Assembly: GCA_030651905.1 (NCBI GenBank)
Contig: JAUSBS010000017.1
Location: 2,932-66,931, forward strand
Direction: 5' to 3'
DNA from: Coriobacteriia bacterium
GTDB taxonomy: Bacteria; Actinomycetota; Coriobacteriia; Anaerosomatales; PALSA-660
DNA length: 64,000 nucleotides
The translations under genes were made by a program, and so were the position numbers. This document shows positions 61,773-64,000 of this stretch, piece by piece. The notes under the pieces were generated by a model. It had not been told where the DNA came from. It saw nothing but the letters and a program-made list of their open reading frames with translations, and made no database searches. The first letter of the stretch is position 1; each line of letters opens with the position of its first letter.

Positions 61773-62279
61773 CTACTCGGCCGACTCTTCGACCTCGACG
61801 GCCTCGGCGCTCTCGGTCTCGGCCTCCACGACGGACTCGGCCTCGATCGCCTCGGTCTCGACGACCGGCTCTTCGGCGGGAGCCTCTTCGACCACGGCGA
61901 CGGCTGCGTGCTTGGCGGCCTTGGCTTCGGCCTTGGCCTCTTCCCGGGCGGCCTTCGCGGCGATCTCGGCTTCGGCGGCGTCCTTGGCGGCCTTGGCCTC
62001 GCGGATCTTGGCCTCGGCCTCCGCGTGCGCCTTCTGGCGAGCGGCCTTCTCGGCGGCGTCCTTGGTGATGACGGTCTCGGACGAGCCGGCGTACTTGTCG
62101 GCGAAACGCTGGACGCGTCCGCCGGTATCGACGAACTTCTGCTTGCCGGTGTAGAACGGGTGACACTGCGAGCACAGCTCGACGTTGAGCGTCGGCTTGG
62201 TCGAGCGAGTCATGAAGGTCGCGCCGCAGGAGCAGTGGACCTTGCACTCGACGTACTCGGGATGGATTCCAGTGCGCAT
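61773..62279 (-). CDS. rpmE: 50S ribosomal protein L31 with long Ala/Glu/Lys-rich C-terminal extension
   Basis: [59 protein letters not shown] is a complete L31 (Cys-containing type). About 95 further residues of [16 protein letters not shown]...ESAE follow. GGAGGT precedes the ATG. Confidence 0.9.
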   Translation of the reverse strand: MRTGIHPEYVECKVHCSCGATFMTRSTKPTLNVELCSQCHPFYTGKQKFVDTGGRVQRFADKYAGSSETVITKDAAEKAARQKAHAEAEAKIREAKAAKDAAEAEIAAKAAREEAKAEAKAAKHAAVAVVEEAPAEEPVVETEAIEAESVVEAETESAEAVEVEESAE

Positions 62280-62302
62280 CTAGGTACCTCCGAGAAGAGC
62301 GC

Positions 62303-62321
62303 GCCTGGTTTCCGACCAGGC
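62303..62321 (-). promoter_or_regulatory. hairpin in the rpmE 5' leader (possible L31 autoregulatory leader)
   Basis: GCCTGGT-N5-ACCAGGC is a 7-bp stem about 24 nt upstream of the rpmE ATG. Confidence 0.3.
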
Positions 62322-62486
62322 ACTGGGACAGCCGCGCGATAGTAGCACAGGGCGGGGCCGCGGAACAACGGCCAGCCACCCCCGATTCGCTTTCCGGCCG
62401 CTCAGCCCCTATACTGTGCCCACACCCGCGTGCCCACGATGGGTTCGCGCACACCCAAGACCCGGTCGTCCTTCGCTCACTCACTC

Positions 62487-62516
62487 GTGGCTGACGGATC
62501 GAATCGCGTCTGCCAC
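62487..62516 (+). promoter_or_regulatory. hairpin in the helicase 5' leader
   Basis: GTGGC-T-GACG-gatcgaatcg-CGTC-T-GCCAC has 5+4 bp with symmetric T/T bulges. It ends 40 nt before the TTG start. Confidence 0.25.
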
Positions 62517-62556
62517 AGGCGCCGCTTGAAACGCGCGCCGCGAAGGAGATCACAAC

Positions 62557-63810
62557 TTGAGTTTCGACAATCTGGGTCTAGACGACCGCCTGCTGTCGGC
62601 CGTCCGCTCCATGGGCTACACCGCCCCCACCCCCATCCAGGAACAAGCCATCCCGCTCGTATTGGCCGGCCGTGACGTCGTCGGCTGCGCGCAGACGGGT
62701 ACCGGCAAGACCGCCGCGTTCGTGCTCCCCACTCTGCAGCGCATCCAGAGCCGTCCCGGCGCCCCCCGGGCACTCGTCGTCACGCCGACGCGCGAGCTGG
62801 CGCTCCAGATCGACGAGGTCGCCCGCACCGTGTCGCGCACCACGCGCCACCGGACCGCCGTCGTCTACGGCGGCGTCGGCTACGAGCCGCAGCGCCAGGC
62901 GATGAAGCGCGGCGTGGATATGCTGGTCGCGACCCCAGGCCGCCTGCTCGATCTTGCCGGCCAGGGCCACGTCGACCTGTCGCGCGTCGAAGTACTCGTC
63001 CTCGATGAGGCCGACCGCATGCTGGACCAGGGATTCTGGCCCGATGTCCGCCGCATCCTCGCGCTCCTGCCCAGCAAGCGTCAGAACCTGCTGTTCTCGG
63101 CGACCATGACCGATGAGGTCCTCAAGGTCATCGGAGAGACGCTGACCGATCCGGCCCACGTGGACGTCTCCCCGCCCAGCCGCCCCATCGAGGCCATCGA
63201 GCAGGCACTCTACCCCGTGTCGGGCGAGCAGAAGAACGACCTGCTCGTGAAAATGATCAATCACCACGGCTGCGAGCGCGTGCTCGTGTTCACCCGAACG
63301 AAGCACCGTGCGGACCGGGTGGCGCGCACGCTCGACCGCGCCGGCATCCGCAGCGCAGCCATTCACGGCAACCGCAGCCAGGCCCAGCGCGTCAAGGCGC
63401 TCGACGAGTTCAAGCGCGGCAGGTGCCGCGTGCTTGTGGCAACCGACATCGTGGCCCGCGGCATCGATGTCGAGGGCATCAGCCACGTCATCAACTTCGA
63501 CCTCCCGAACGTCCCCGAGGACTACGTCCACCGCATCGGCCGCACCGCCCGCGCGGGCAAGAGCGGCTGGGCCTTCACGATGATGGCGCCCGAGGAGCAC
63601 GACAACCTCCGCGACATCGAGAAGACCATCGGCGCGATCATCGAGCGCGGCGACGACATCACCGGCTTCGACTACAGCGGCGACCGCCTCGTTCCGGACC
63701 CCGCCCGGACGCACGCGGGCCCTCGCAAGAACCCCGCTCCGCAGGGCGCCAGGCGTCAAGGACGCCGCGGTGGTAGCGGTCGCTACAACAGGAGCGGCGC
63801 TCAGCGCTAG
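62557..63810 (+). CDS. DEAD-box ATP-dependent RNA helicase (RhlE-like) with basic C-terminal tail
   Basis: TTG start, 7 nt after GAAGGAGA. Motifs present: TPIQEQAIP (Q), AQTGTGKT, PTRELA, DEAD, SAT and HRIGRTARAG. The tail is RG-rich. Confidence 0.92.
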   Translation: MSFDNLGLDDRLLSAVRSMGYTAPTPIQEQAIPLVLAGRDVVGCAQTGTGKTAAFVLPTLQRIQSRPGAPRALVVTPTRELALQIDEVARTVSRTTRHRTAVVYGGVGYEPQRQAMKRGVDMLVATPGRLLDLAGQGHVDLSRVEVLVLDEADRMLDQGFWPDVRRILALLPSKRQNLLFSATMTDEVLKVIGETLTDPAHVDVSPPSRPIEAIEQALYPVSGEQKNDLLVKMINHHGCERVLVFTRTKHRADRVARTLDRAGIRSAAIHGNRSQAQRVKALDEFKRGRCRVLVATDIVARGIDVEGISHVINFDLPNVPEDYVHRIGRTARAGKSGWAFTMMAPEEHDNLRDIEKTIGAIIERGDDITGFDYSGDRLVPDPARTHAGPRKNPAPQGARRQGRRGGSGRYNRSGAQR

Positions 63811-63834
63811 CTCACACCCACGAGGCACGCATGC

Positions 63835-63862
63835 GAAGGGCCCGGCATCTGCCGGGCCCTTC
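63835..63862. terminator. bidirectional terminator hairpin between helicase and rho
   Basis: GAAGGGCCCGGC-atct-GCCGGGCCCTTC is a perfect 12-bp stem between two convergent genes. Confidence 0.6.
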
Positions 63863-63889
63863 GTCACACGCAGCGAGCCACGTCGACCC

Positions 63890-64000
63890 TAGTCGCCGTT
63901 GCCCGCCTTGGTCTTGGAGATCGCGGCGAGGAACTCGCGGTTGCTGCCGGTCTTGCGCAGGCGGTCGATGAGCAGTTCGATGGCGGGCGCGGCCTCGAGC
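63890..64000 (-). CDS. rho: transcription termination factor Rho, C-terminal end (gene runs off the right edge)
   Basis: My translation of the minus strand gives ...LEAAPAIELLIDRLRKTGSNREFLAAISKTKAGNGD*. This resembles the Rho C-terminus (E. coli ...IDAMEFLINKLAMTKTNDDFFEMM, from memory). The rho-rpmE-prfA position also fits. Confidence 0.6.

Noticed and set aside
62578-63867. 429-aa minus-strand ORF
   Set aside because: It is antisense to the DEAD-box helicase, which carries all canonical helicase motifs.

Overview
This is a visibly GC-rich, gene-dense window that looks like a chromosomal core region of an Actinomycetota-like bacterium. Most genes lie on the minus strand. I saw no rRNA, tRNA, CRISPR array, transposase or integrase.

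The right half (about 42.5-64 kb) is a conserved housekeeping block: rho (3' end), a DEAD-box helicase, rpmE, thyX, a DUF1385-like gene, prfA, prmC, tsaC, rpiB, glyA, upp, dCMP deaminase, wecA/tagO, atpI-like plus atpBEFHAGDC, murA and fabZ. From memory, this order resembles the Mycobacterium rho-rpmE-prfA-hemK-sua5-rfe-atp-murA arrangement. A MazEF-like toxin-antitoxin (TA) pair is inserted in this block.

The middle of the window carries two cell-envelope glycan loci:
- 12.6-20.0 kb holds five GT4 glycosyltransferases plus ugd.
- 32.5-42.4 kb holds a Wzy/O-antigen-ligase-like protein, a Wzx flippase, an LCP ligase and a complete WbpA/B/E/D/I-like five-enzyme set.

Between these loci are an orphan amino-acid-binding protein, an AbrB-PIN TA pair, comF, an AEC permease, mtnA, ahcY, a purine nucleoside phosphorylase (PNP) and a 1712-aa secreted repeat protein.

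The left end has a LAL-type regulator, an operon of two membrane HD/HD-GYP proteins, long-form hpf, three uncharacterised secreted or lipoproteins, and a glnQ/P/H-type ABC transporter.

The most unusual items are:
1. The giant adhesin gene is bracketed by near-identical 47/48-nt terminator-hairpin direct repeats and splits a SAM-recycling gene set.
2. A roughly 250-nt unassigned, highly structured element sits in a 290-nt gap upstream of the orphan binding protein.
3. An unannotated 25-codon ORF with an SD-sequestering hairpin leads the HD-GYP operon.
4. An ABC permease is fused to a domain that does not look like a binding protein.
5. comF appears to need a CTG start.
6. L31 carries a roughly 95-aa Ala/Glu/Lys tail.

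Many very long ORFs in the track are antisense or run-on artefacts of the GC-rich sequence.
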